A DNA stretch of 64,000 bases. It comes from Gemmatimonadales bacterium. Lineage in GTDB: Bacteria > Gemmatimonadota > Gemmatimonadetes > Gemmatimonadales > GWC2-71-9. The number at the start of each line of letters is the position of its first letter. Within the stretch, counting starts at the first letter, position 1. Shown one piece after another: positions 33,711-42,800 of this stretch. The notes under the pieces are model-generated. The model was not told the origin of the DNA, made no database searches, and saw only the letters and a list, made by a program, of their open reading frames with translations. A program made the position numbers and the translations under genes. The stretch is taken from NCBI GenBank assembly GCA_041615815.1, contig JBFJCP010000001.1:160001-224000 (forward strand), in the 5' to 3' direction.

Positions 33711-34508
33711 TTAAATCGCGAGAGAAAGTTGGGCCGTCACGGTACCACGGAGGGCCAGTAAAGGCTCGTCCTGAGACGCCACCAATAGCCGCCCCCGAAA
33801 CCCTCTCGTGCTGAGAGCGCGGTGGACAATCTCACGCGCCAGGTCCGGGCGATTGCATTGATCGCTGAGGTGGGCCAGAACCACGGTCGTGAGCCGGCGA
33901 TGACACAGCTGGGCCAGAAAGCGCGCCGTGGCCCGGTTCGAGAGGTGTCCGGTTGCGCTGGCGATCCGGTGCTGCACCGAGGGCGGATACGGCCCAGCCC
34001 GGAGTAACTGCTCGTCGTGGTTCGCCTCGACGATCAGACACGTGCACGAAGCGAGCAACCGACGCACCGCCTCCGTGGGTCGGCCGAGATCGTACGCCAC
34101 TCCCACTTTGACGCCCGCTCGTGGGTCTTCCACGGCCACACACAGGGGCTCAGCCGCATCGTGGTCCGTGCGGCAGGCGGTGACCGCAAAGGTCCCGACG
34201 ACCATCGAGCGTTCGGGCTCGATCACCCTGGCATCGACGCCCTCGGTATCGAGCGCGCGCAGCGTCCCTCGCGACGCGTAGAGCGGGCACGCCCGCCGTC
34301 GGGCAATCCCCATCGCGCCCCGCGCATGATCTCCGTGCTCGTGCGTCAGCACGATGGCCCGAAGGGAGCGAAGGTCGACGCCTGCCTGTTTCGCCCGGGA
34401 AACCAGGGTACGGAATCCAAATCCCGCATCGACCAGGACCGCGCCGTTGGTCCCGCAGAACGCGATCGCATTGCCGCGACTACCCGAGCCCAATACGGTG
34501 ACCCTCAC
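33711..34508 (-). CDS. Metallo-beta-lactamase fold hydrolase (YycJ/WalJ-like)
   Basis: LGSGSRGNA, THEHGDH, HDAAEP, EANHD, GHLSN and AHLS motifs. Confidence 0.92.
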   Translation of the reverse strand: MRVTVLGSGSRGNAIAFCGTNGAVLVDAGFGFRTLVSRAKQAGVDLRSLRAIVLTHEHGDHARGAMGIARRRACPLYASRGTLRALDTEGVDARVIEPERSMVVGTFAVTACRTDHDAAEPLCVAVEDPRAGVKVGVAYDLGRPTEAVRRLLASCTCLIVEANHDEQLLRAGPYPPSVQHRIASATGHLSNRATARFLAQLCHRRLTTVVLAHLSDQCNRPDLAREIVHRALSTRGFRGRLLVASQDEPLLALRGTVTAQLSLAI

Positions 34509-35674
34509 GACGCCACCGCGTGGTCGTAGATGGCCCCCAGCGCCGCCCGTACCGCGTCGGTCACCTCGATCTGCCGCCGAGGCATCATGCGCGCGGCGAC
34601 CGTGAGAAACCCGTCACGGTCCATCCGGCCGCCGTCCACTCCCCAGACAAAGGGCGGCACGTACTTCGGAGGTGGCGTTGCGCCGAACACGTTGGCGCCG
34701 ACCCCGATCACCGTTCCCGTATTCAACAACGTCCCAATGGCCGTCTTGGCGTGATCTCCCACGAGCGCACCGAGAAACTGCCGTCCCGTTTCGATCCGTT
34801 CGCCAGCCACCTCCAACCGCACAGGTCCGTATGTGTTTTTCAGGTTGGACGTCACGGTGCCCGCCCCGAGGTTGACCCAGCGCCCGAGCACCGTGTGCCC
34901 CACGAAACCATCGTGGGACTTGTTTGCGAATCCGAAGAGCACGGAATGGGCTATTTCACCACGAACCTTGCAGCGTGGCCCAATGCTGCAGTGCGATACC
35001 GGCCCGCCGAGGATTTCCGTGCCCGCTCCGATGTAGACCGGACCTTCGAGTCGCGTTCCCCCGCGAACATAGGCGTGCTCCTCGACGACCACGGCGCCTC
35101 CTCGAACGTCGAACGTCACCCCCGGCTCGACCACAGCGCCGAGCATGATCACTTCCGCCGGGTCACCAATGACCATGCTTCCATCCGGCAGGGGGTCACT
35201 AGGCTCGTGCGTGAAATCCACCATGTCCGCAACGAGGAAGTGTTCGAGCGCCGTGACGAGGTCGAACGCGCCCATCAGGAGGAATCCCTCGAGCTCGATC
35301 TCTTCCCAATTCTCGTGCTCACCCTCCCACGGCGTGCCGGCGGGCACCCACCAACCCACGGTGACCTGCTCGTTGACCAACCGCGCCGGGGTGTCGGACA
35401 GCGACGGCTTGACGCCCGAAGGTGCAAAATCAGCGCGTCCCACGATGGCCGGACCGTCCACGCTGCTACGACCCCGGATGGGGGGCACGCCCTGTTCGAC
35501 GAAACCGTACAGATGCGACGGACCGAAGATCGCTTGCGTCTCTCCTTCGGCGATCGCCTCCCAGCGTTCGCGGATGAGCCAGGCACCGGCTCGCAGCTCG
35601 GCCACGGGACGGCTGTCGGCAAAGGGATACCACATGGCGGAAAGCCCCGGCTCCACCAGGTAGACGTCCGTCAT
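34505..35674 (-). CDS. GlmU-like putative sugar nucleotidyltransferase/left-handed beta-helix protein
   Basis: YPF..RPVAELRAG N-terminus; hexapeptide region NKSHDGFVGH..GRWVNLGAGT..SNLKN. Confidence 0.85.
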   Translation of the reverse strand: MTDVYLVEPGLSAMWYPFADSRPVAELRAGAWLIRERWEAIAEGETQAIFGPSHLYGFVEQGVPPIRGRSSVDGPAIVGRADFAPSGVKPSLSDTPARLVNEQVTVGWWVPAGTPWEGEHENWEEIELEGFLLMGAFDLVTALEHFLVADMVDFTHEPSDPLPDGSMVIGDPAEVIMLGAVVEPGVTFDVRGGAVVVEEHAYVRGGTRLEGPVYIGAGTEILGGPVSHCSIGPRCKVRGEIAHSVLFGFANKSHDGFVGHTVLGRWVNLGAGTVTSNLKNTYGPVRLEVAGERIETGRQFLGALVGDHAKTAIGTLLNTGTVIGVGANVFGATPPPKYVPPFVWGVDGGRMDRDGFLTVAARMMPRRQIEVTDAVRAALGAIYDHAVAS

Positions 35675-36708
35675 GGGAGGAGATCGCGAAACGTGGGCGG
35701 CAAGGCGGCGAGCATCGACTTGAGATCGGCGGCGCGCTCGCGCGTCGTGACGAGCGTGACGCCGTTGGCGTGCACGACGACGAGATCCCGCACTCCATCC
35801 ACGAGCACCGCCTGTTCCTCTCCCCATACGACGCAGTCGTGACATCCCCGCTGGATCGCTCGACCCACCACCACGTTGCCATCCGCATCCATGGGCCGCA
35901 CCCGCGGCAGCGCGCCCCAGGTCCCCACGTCGTCCCATGGAAACTCGCCTGGTACCACGGCGACGCGCTCACTTCGCTCGAAATGCGACACGTCAACCGC
36001 CACCGGCGTCACGGCGTCGAAGAACGCTCGGAATTCTTCCTGAGCGAGCAGGTCGAGATGCGGAGCGATCTCAGGGGCCACATGTCGCGTCTCCGCCAGA
36101 AAGCGATTCGCCGTCCAGGCAAAAAGCCCGCTGTTCCACAACGCGCCCTTCGCCATGAGCGCCCGTGCACGGGAGCGATCGGGTTTTTCAACGAAGCGCG
36201 CGACCCGTCGCGCGTTCCCATCCATCTCCGTGCCCGGCTGGATGTACCCGTATCCCGGATCGGGACGCGACGGAACGATGCCAACCGTCACCAACACGTC
36301 GTGCCGCTGGGCGATGTCCAACGCGCGCGACGCCGTGGCACGGAACGCCTCGTCGTTACCGACGTACCAGTCTGCATGGAGCGAGAGTATCACGGCGTCG
36401 GGATCTCGGGCTTGGGCGGTGGCCGTGGCCCAGGTGAGGGCCGGGGCGGTCGACGCCGCACGGGGTTCGCCAAGCACATTCGCCCCAGGGATCTCCGGCA
36501 CGAGCGCCCGGACGGCGTCCACCAGCGACGCGCCGGTGATGATGAGGATCTGCTCCGTGGGGATGAGGCCGCGCAAGCGCCCAACGGCCTGGACCAGCAG
36601 GGGTCGATCGCCCGCCAGCGCCAGCAGCTGCTTGGGCCGCTGCGGTGTGGACAACGGCCAGAACCGGGTACCGGAGCCACCAGCGAGGACCGCCGCCCAA
36701 TGACTCAC
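35671..36708 (-). CDS. manC: Mannose-1-phosphate guanylyltransferase
   Basis: LAGGSGTRFWPLS, PKQ, GYGYI, FVEKP, WNSG and WDDVGTW motifs. Confidence 0.92.
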   Translation of the reverse strand: MSHWAAVLAGGSGTRFWPLSTPQRPKQLLALAGDRPLLVQAVGRLRGLIPTEQILIITGASLVDAVRALVPEIPGANVLGEPRAASTAPALTWATATAQARDPDAVILSLHADWYVGNDEAFRATASRALDIAQRHDVLVTVGIVPSRPDPGYGYIQPGTEMDGNARRVARFVEKPDRSRARALMAKGALWNSGLFAWTANRFLAETRHVAPEIAPHLDLLAQEEFRAFFDAVTPVAVDVSHFERSERVAVVPGEFPWDDVGTWGALPRVRPMDADGNVVVGRAIQRGCHDCVVWGEEQAVLVDGVRDLVVVHANGVTLVTTRERAADLKSMLAALPPTFRDLLP

Positions 36709-36794
36709 GACGCGTGGGGACGGACGGAACTGGCGTCAGCCCACGTCGCGCACGTCATCAGGTCGACGAGGAGAAGCGGCGAGTCGAGAGCCCG

Positions 36795-37151
36795 TCAGAG
36801 TAACCGGGCGATGGCGGCGCGGTGTCGACGCAGCTCGTAGAGAAGCGTTCCAATGTTCGTGTCAGGCCGAAAGAACATGGCCAAAAGCGCTTCCTGGTTG
36901 AGCTCCGTTATCAGCACGAGACCACCACCAGCATATTCGACGATGCCGGTGCCGAAACCGCCTCGAGCGGACGCGTCGCCGAGTTGGCGACAGGCTTCGG
37001 CCACCGCAGGGACGAGCGCCGCGAGGCCATCGACATCCAACCCATTCCTCGCGTGCGCGTCGATCGTCAGCCCGTCCTGACCGGCCACGACGACCGCGTC
37101 TACCCCTGGGCGATTGGCAAGCGCCTGAACCACATCACGTATCGTTGGCAT
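36795..37151 (-). CDS. Roadblock/LC7 (MglB-like) protein
   Basis: GVDAVVVAGQDGLTID and NIGTLLYELRR Roadblock pattern. Confidence 0.85.
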   Translation of the reverse strand: MPTIRDVVQALANRPGVDAVVVAGQDGLTIDAHARNGLDVDGLAALVPAVAEACRQLGDASARGGFGTGIVEYAGGGLVLITELNQEALLAMFFRPDTNIGTLLYELRRHRAAIARLL

Positions 37152-37158
37152 CGGCGCC

Positions 37159-37187
37159 AAGCTAGGAATGACCGGGAGTGAAGTCAA
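37159..37187 (-). promoter_or_regulatory. Sigma70-like promoter, probably giving a leaderless mRNA
   Basis: On the minus strand: TTGACT, 17 nt spacer, TAGCTT, 7 nt, ATG; no RBS. Confidence 0.6.
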
Positions 37188-37201
37188 GCCAAAGATGCCG
37201 C

Positions 37202-37230
37202 TTGACCGGCCACTGGGGGCCGGCTAATCT
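37202..37230 (+). promoter_or_regulatory. Sigma70-like promoter (divergent)
   Basis: TTGACC, 17 nt spacer, TAATCT. Confidence 0.6.
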
Positions 37231-37242
37231 TCTGCCACTCGC

Positions 37243-37821
37243 ATGAGGTCTATGTCCTTTTCTCCCATTCGGTTGGCCGCTGGTCTCCTGAGCACGGCCC
37301 TCGCGCTTGCTGCGTGCGGCGACTCGCTCGGGCTTCCGCCGGCCCTCTTCGACAATGTCGTGGACACCACGACGCTCTTCGCCCTCCGCGGCACGGACAT
37401 CTCCGCCCCCTCGGGGTTCGATTTGGTTAACCGTTTGCCGCGCCGCACCGAGTTGGGGGAATCGTTCGATTTGGCGTTCGACATCGACCCGGCTGGCCGG
37501 CCACTGATCTACCCGGCGACGGCCCTTGGCTTGACCACCGTTGCCGGCATCCAGCGGAGCAACGACACGTTCGATCGGATCCAGCGGGCGCCCACCGATG
37601 GCTACGAGTCGGACAGCGCCTTGGTCGTTCAGGAAGGGACGGTGTTCCTGGCCCGTTCTCGCACGGCATCGGATTTCTGCAGCTTCCTCGGTAGCCTGCC
37701 GCGGTTTGGGAAGTTCCACATTCTCACCATCGACGACGCCACCCGCAGCATGACGTTCGAGCACGTGGTGAATGCGAATTGCGGCTTCCGGAGCCTCGTC
37801 CCGGGTCCCGTAGAGAACTGA
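37243..37821 (+). CDS. Hypothetical lipoprotein
   Basis: Lipobox LAAC; beta-rich mature part with two further Cys. Confidence 0.8.
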   Translation: MRSMSFSPIRLAAGLLSTALALAACGDSLGLPPALFDNVVDTTTLFALRGTDISAPSGFDLVNRLPRRTELGESFDLAFDIDPAGRPLIYPATALGLTTVAGIQRSNDTFDRIQRAPTDGYESDSALVVQEGTVFLARSRTASDFCSFLGSLPRFGKFHILTIDDATRSMTFEHVVNANCGFRSLVPGPVEN

Positions 37822-37825
37822 GTCG

Positions 37826-39109
37826 GTGATCGATATTCGAGAGGTGCGCGAGTCGCCCGGTATGGTTCGGACGGCGCTCGGGCGTCGTGGGCCGGAGAAC
37901 GCCGTTGTCGTCGACGCGCTCCTCGCACTCGACCAACGACGAAGAGACATCCTCCAAGAGGCCGAGGCACTCAAGGCGCAGCGCAACCGGGCCTCCGAAG
38001 AAGTCGCCCGCCGAAAGCGCGACGGCGAGGACACCGCAGCGCTCATCGTGGAACTCAAGGGCGTCAGTGACGCCATCAAGGGACACGATCAGGAGCTTCG
38101 AGCGGTGGAGTCGGAGCTGCGAGACCGGCTCCTCCGAGTCCCCAATCTCCCTCTCGACGACGTACCCGCGGGCGATGTCACCGCGAACACGGTGGTGAGC
38201 ACCTGGGGATCGAAACCCGACTTCGCCTTTGAGCCACGGGCGCACTGGGACCTCGCCGGCGATCTGGGCATACTCGATCTCCCCCGGGGTGCGAAGCTCT
38301 CCGGGAGTGGGTTCCCCCTCTTCCGCGGCCTCGGTGCGCGGCTGGTGCGCGCGTTGGTGAGCTTCATGATCGATCTGCACACCTCCGAGCACGGTTACGT
38401 GGAAGTCGCGCCGCCGTATCTCGTCACGCCCGAAGCCGCGGAGGGCACGGGTCAGCTCCCCGGGTTTGCCGACGACATGTACGAGACCCGGGACGGCCTC
38501 TTCCTCATCCCCACGGCGGAAGTGCCGCTGACCAATCTGCATCGGGACGAGATCCTGGTCGCTGCCGAGCTTCCCCTCGCGTACGTCGCCTACACGCCAT
38601 GCTTTCGTCGTGAAGCGGGTGCGGCCGGCAAGGATACGCGAGGGCTCATCCGGGTCCATCAGTTCGACAAGGTGGAGCTGGTGCGCTTTTGCCAGCCGGA
38701 GGATTCGGTGAGCGAGTTGCATTTGCTGTTGCAGCACGCCGAGACGGTCCTCCAGCGACTCGGGATCCCCTATCGCGTGGTGGTGCTGGCAACCGGTGAT
38801 CTTGGCTTCGCCAGCGCGAAGACGTTCGATATCGAGGTCTGGGCAGCTGGCGTGGGGACCTGGCTGGAAGCATCGAGTGCCAGCACGTTCACCGATTTTC
38901 AGGCCCGGCGCGCCAACATTCGGTTTCGGCCCCCGGGAGGGGCCAAACCAGAATACGTTCATACGCTGAATGCTTCGGGCGTGGCGCTTCCGCGCACGCT
39001 CGTGGCGCTCCTCGAAAACAATCAGGAGGCGGATGGATCGATCCGTGTGCCCAGCGCGTTAGCGCCCTATCTGGGAACGGAGCGCCTGACGCCAAGCGGC
39101 GGTGCGTAG
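37826..39109 (+). CDS. serS: Serine-tRNA ligase
   Basis: LIPTAEVP, CFRREAG, RGLIRVHQFDKVE and HTLNASG motifs. Confidence 0.98.
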   Translation: MIDIREVRESPGMVRTALGRRGPENAVVVDALLALDQRRRDILQEAEALKAQRNRASEEVARRKRDGEDTAALIVELKGVSDAIKGHDQELRAVESELRDRLLRVPNLPLDDVPAGDVTANTVVSTWGSKPDFAFEPRAHWDLAGDLGILDLPRGAKLSGSGFPLFRGLGARLVRALVSFMIDLHTSEHGYVEVAPPYLVTPEAAEGTGQLPGFADDMYETRDGLFLIPTAEVPLTNLHRDEILVAAELPLAYVAYTPCFRREAGAAGKDTRGLIRVHQFDKVELVRFCQPEDSVSELHLLLQHAETVLQRLGIPYRVVVLATGDLGFASAKTFDIEVWAAGVGTWLEASSASTFTDFQARRANIRFRPPGGAKPEYVHTLNASGVALPRTLVALLENNQEADGSIRVPSALAPYLGTERLTPSGGA

Positions 39110-40286
39110 GTTTGGACGGAAGCTCAAGCTAGCGGGTCCACGACTCGTCCTTGCGTTGGTGGTGATCTTCGCCGGCGTTTCGTTCTGGCAGGTATGGGAC
39201 GTCGCGAGTTATCTACGGCAACAAGCCCGGGAGACCTCCCGAATCTATGGCCGCGTGACCGCGGCTCTCGCCGATCCCCGCCCGGAGGCCAACGCCGAGG
39301 CGTTGGTGGAGCTCTTGCCCCAAATCCGTGCCACCGGAATCCCGCTGGTCGTCACCGACCAATCCGGCCAGCCGATGGCCGCCGCTAACCTCCCGTTCGA
39401 GGCTTTGCTGGATGACCCGTTGGTGACGGAGTACGTCACACGCCTCGACCGAACCAATCCGCCCATCCAAATCCCGGGCCTCGGCCAGATTCATTACGGC
39501 GCACTTCCCGTGTTGCGCCGACTCACGTGGCTCGGGCTCCTGCAACTTGGCATTCTGGTCACCGCGGTGGCGATCGGGTTTTGGGCGTATGGCGCCACGG
39601 TGCGCCGTCACCGAGATCTGCTCTGGGTCGCGATGGCCCGCGAATCCGCTCACCAACTGGGCACGCCGCTCATGAGCGCATCGGCCTGGGTGGAGCGACT
39701 CGCCGAAGGAAGCACCGCACCAGACGTCATCGCGCGGCACCTCAACGCGGACCTCGAGCGGTTGCAGCGGGTGGTGCAGCGATTCGAGCGCATCGGACGG
39801 CCCGCCAGACGCGACCGCGTGGGACTCGGGGCGCTCGCTGAGCGTGTCGCGATGTACTTCCAGCCCCGACTTCCCAGGCATGCCAACCCGGTAGTGCTTT
39901 CCGTCAATGCACCGGTGGCAGGTCCGATGATCAGCGCAGATCCCGTGCTCCTCGAATGGGCCATCGAGGCGTTGGTCCGCAATGCCATCGATGCGTTGAG
40001 CGGTCGGGGCGGACAGATCGACATCACGGTCCGCGGTCATGGCGAGCACGCGACCATCGCCGTGGCGGACAACGGCCCTGGGATTCCGGCGTCGGTCCGT
40101 GCCAATCTGTTCGATCCCGGCGTGTCCACCAAACCGGGCGGCTGGGGGATCGGGCTGGCACTGGCCCGCCGAATCGTTGAGGACGTGCACAGGGGGCGGC
40201 TGGATTTGGACCTGACGGCCGAGGGAACGGCGTTCGTAGCGCGGTTGCCGGTGGCGCCCGACGAGCCGCCGGCCCACGAGGCCTGA
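39102..40286 (+). CDS. Membrane sensor histidine kinase
   Basis: Two TM helices; H-box ESAHQLGTPL, NAIDA, DNGPGI and GWGIGL motifs. Confidence 0.95.
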   Translation: MRRFGRKLKLAGPRLVLALVVIFAGVSFWQVWDVASYLRQQARETSRIYGRVTAALADPRPEANAEALVELLPQIRATGIPLVVTDQSGQPMAAANLPFEALLDDPLVTEYVTRLDRTNPPIQIPGLGQIHYGALPVLRRLTWLGLLQLGILVTAVAIGFWAYGATVRRHRDLLWVAMARESAHQLGTPLMSASAWVERLAEGSTAPDVIARHLNADLERLQRVVQRFERIGRPARRDRVGLGALAERVAMYFQPRLPRHANPVVLSVNAPVAGPMISADPVLLEWAIEALVRNAIDALSGRGGQIDITVRGHGEHATIAVADNGPGIPASVRANLFDPGVSTKPGGWGIGLALARRIVEDVHRGRLDLDLTAEGTAFVARLPVAPDEPPAHEA

Positions 40287-40287
40287 G

Positions 40288-42498
40288 ATGGTGCTCCGGC
40301 TCAACGACGCGCAGCGTCACGCGGTGGAATACCGGGACGGCCCCTTGCTCGTCCTGGCCGGTGCCGGATCGGGCAAGACGTCGGTGCTCACCACACGCCT
40401 CGCCCATCTCGTGGAAAACCACGACGTACCTCCGCACCGGCTCCTGGCCGTGACCTTCACCAATCGGGCCGCTGGCGAGATGCGGCGGCGCGTAGCGGAA
40501 CTGCTTGGCGAAGACCCAGTGGGCATGTGGATCGGTACGTTCCACTCGCTGGCCGCGCGTCTGCTCCGTCGCGAGGCACCACGTCTCGGGTTCACGTCCG
40601 GGTTTACCATCTACGACGAAGCGGACCGCCTGGCGCTGATCAAGCGTCTGCTCGAGGCTCGAGGATACGCGCAACGGGCGTTCCCACCACGACAGATCCA
40701 GTCGATCATTTCGGGGGCCAAGAATCGGATGATGCCCCCTGATGAATTGGCCGGGCAGAGCGACGACCGCACGAGCCGGGTCGCCGCCGAGATCTATCAC
40801 GCGATGCAAGAGGCCTTGGCGAGGGCCAACGCGATGGATTTCGACGACCTGCTGCTGCATCCGCTCCGCCTGTTCCGCGAGCATCCCGATCGCCTGGCTC
40901 ACTACCAGCGCCGCTTCGATTCCATTCTCGTAGACGAATTCCAAGACACCAACCGCGCGCAGTACCTCTTCGTCCGTTCCCTCGCCGCCACCCATCGCGA
41001 TATCTGCGTGGTGGGCGATGACGACCAGTCCATCTATAGCTGGCGGGGAGCGGACGTCCGAAACATGCTCGATTTCGAGCACGACTTCTCAGACGCGGCA
41101 ATCGTGCGCTTGGAAGAGAACTATCGATCGACGCAGATCATCCTGGACGCCGCCAATCACGTGATTGCCGAAAACCAGCAACGTCTCGGCAAGACGTTGT
41201 TCACCTCGAGGGCAGGAGGTGAGCCGGTGGTGTTGGTCACGGCGGCTGACGAACGTGACGAAGCGGAATGGCTGGCGCGGGAGTTCCGCGAACGCGCGGC
41301 GGTGGACCAGTACGGATATCGCGACATGGCGGTATTGTATCGCACCAACGCCCAGTCTCGAGCATTCGAAGAGGCGTTCCGCCGGTCCTCGATTCCATAC
41401 CGCGTGGTGGGCTCGGTGGGGTTCTACGAACGGCGGGAAGTGAAAGATCTGCTCGCCTACCTGCGGTTGGTCCTCAATCCTGCCGACGACGAAGCGTTTC
41501 TCCGTGCCGTGCAGGTACCCAAACGAGGCATCGGCGTGGCGACGCTGCGAATCCTCCAAGGGGCCGCCCATCAGTGGAGCAACCCGCTGCTGGCCACCGC
41601 CGGGATCGCGGATCGAATCGACAAGCTACGCGCTCACCCCGTCCGTCGGCTTGGCGAGTTCGCGGAGCTGATCGAGCGGTTGCGGGGTCACTTGAGCAGT
41701 ACGACACCGGCCGCGTTGCTCGAGGATATCATCGAGGCCATCGGCTATGAGGCCCACTTGGTGGCCGAAGGCCCGGAAGGCGTGGAGCGATTGGAGAACG
41801 TCCGCGAGCTCCTCGCCGCTGCCGCGGAGTGGTCCGAAGAGGTACCGGAGGACGACGAGGAAGAGGGCACCCCGATCGAACGATTCCTGGCGGATAGCGC
41901 GTTAGTCGAATCGGGAGACCTGACCGGTGGTGATCCCGACGGCGTGACTTTGATGACCGTGCATACCGCCAAAGGACTCGAGTGGCCCCTCGTCGCCGTG
42001 TGCGGTCTGGAGGAGGGCCTGTTCCCACTGAGTCGCGCCCTCGATACGCCGGAAGGCGCGGAAGAGGAGCGTCGATTGGCCTATGTGGCGATCACCCGGG
42101 CTCGCGATCGGTTGTTTACGACTTGGGCGCGGGCCAGGCGCCGCGCAGGACAATTGCTCCCCGGGGCTCCGTCGCGATTTCTCGACGCGATTCCAGCGAG
42201 CGTCATCGAGGAGCGTCGGACCAGCGGCGTCTTTGGTGGGGAGCTTCGTCGTGCACGAACCCGCCCGCCGGGTTGGATGATCGAAGAAACCGCCCCGGAA
42301 ATGGAATCCCAAGACGCCCCGCGGTTCGTGAAGGGCGAACGTGTGCGGCATCGCACCTTTGGCGGCGGGACGATTCGCGCCCTCGACGGACACGGGCGGA
42401 ACCTGAAGGTGGTCGTCGAGTTCGACGACGACGAAGTGGGGACGAAGCAGCTGCTGGTGGCCTACGCCGGTTTGGAACGCGACTGGGACGCCGCATGA
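40288..42498 (+). CDS. pcrA: UvrD/PcrA DNA helicase
   Basis: AGAGSGKT, VDEFQDTN, VGDDDQSIYSWRGA, NYRST, KGLEW and EERRLAYVAITRA motifs. Confidence 0.96.
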   Translation: MVLRLNDAQRHAVEYRDGPLLVLAGAGSGKTSVLTTRLAHLVENHDVPPHRLLAVTFTNRAAGEMRRRVAELLGEDPVGMWIGTFHSLAARLLRREAPRLGFTSGFTIYDEADRLALIKRLLEARGYAQRAFPPRQIQSIISGAKNRMMPPDELAGQSDDRTSRVAAEIYHAMQEALARANAMDFDDLLLHPLRLFREHPDRLAHYQRRFDSILVDEFQDTNRAQYLFVRSLAATHRDICVVGDDDQSIYSWRGADVRNMLDFEHDFSDAAIVRLEENYRSTQIILDAANHVIAENQQRLGKTLFTSRAGGEPVVLVTAADERDEAEWLAREFRERAAVDQYGYRDMAVLYRTNAQSRAFEEAFRRSSIPYRVVGSVGFYERREVKDLLAYLRLVLNPADDEAFLRAVQVPKRGIGVATLRILQGAAHQWSNPLLATAGIADRIDKLRAHPVRRLGEFAELIERLRGHLSSTTPAALLEDIIEAIGYEAHLVAEGPEGVERLENVRELLAAAAEWSEEVPEDDEEEGTPIERFLADSALVESGDLTGGDPDGVTLMTVHTAKGLEWPLVAVCGLEEGLFPLSRALDTPEGAEEERRLAYVAITRARDRLFTTWARARRRAGQLLPGAPSRFLDAIPASVIEERRTSGVFGGELRRARTRPPGWMIEETAPEMESQDAPRFVKGERVRHRTFGGGTIRALDGHGRNLKVVVEFDDDEVGTKQLLVAYAGLERDWDAA

Positions 42499-42800
42499 CG
42501 GACCTTGGCCCCACCGAGATCGCACGAATGGCCGCGCTTGCCCGGCTCGACGTCGACCCTCGATCCTTGCCGGAGCTCGCGAAGCAGATCGAGCGCATCC
42601 TCGAATACGTGTCTCAGCTCCCTGATCTCCCGGACACGGCGCTCGGCCCCGCAACATGGATAGACGCGACGATGCTTCCACCGCTTCGCACCGACGAGCG
42701 TCAGGAAGGTCGGCCGACCGTCCGGTCCGAGCAGTTCGCGCCGGAGTTCGAAGACGGCTTCTTCCTCGTTCCACGACCGGCGGCCATGGACGACGAATGA
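42495..42800 (+). CDS. gatC: Asp/Glu-tRNA amidotransferase subunit C
   Basis: AALARL, ILEYVSQL, LRTD and FFLVP motifs; upstream of gatA. Confidence 0.9.
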   Translation: MTDLGPTEIARMAALARLDVDPRSLPELAKQIERILEYVSQLPDLPDTALGPATWIDATMLPPLRTDERQEGRPTVRSEQFAPEFEDGFFLVPRPAAMDDE

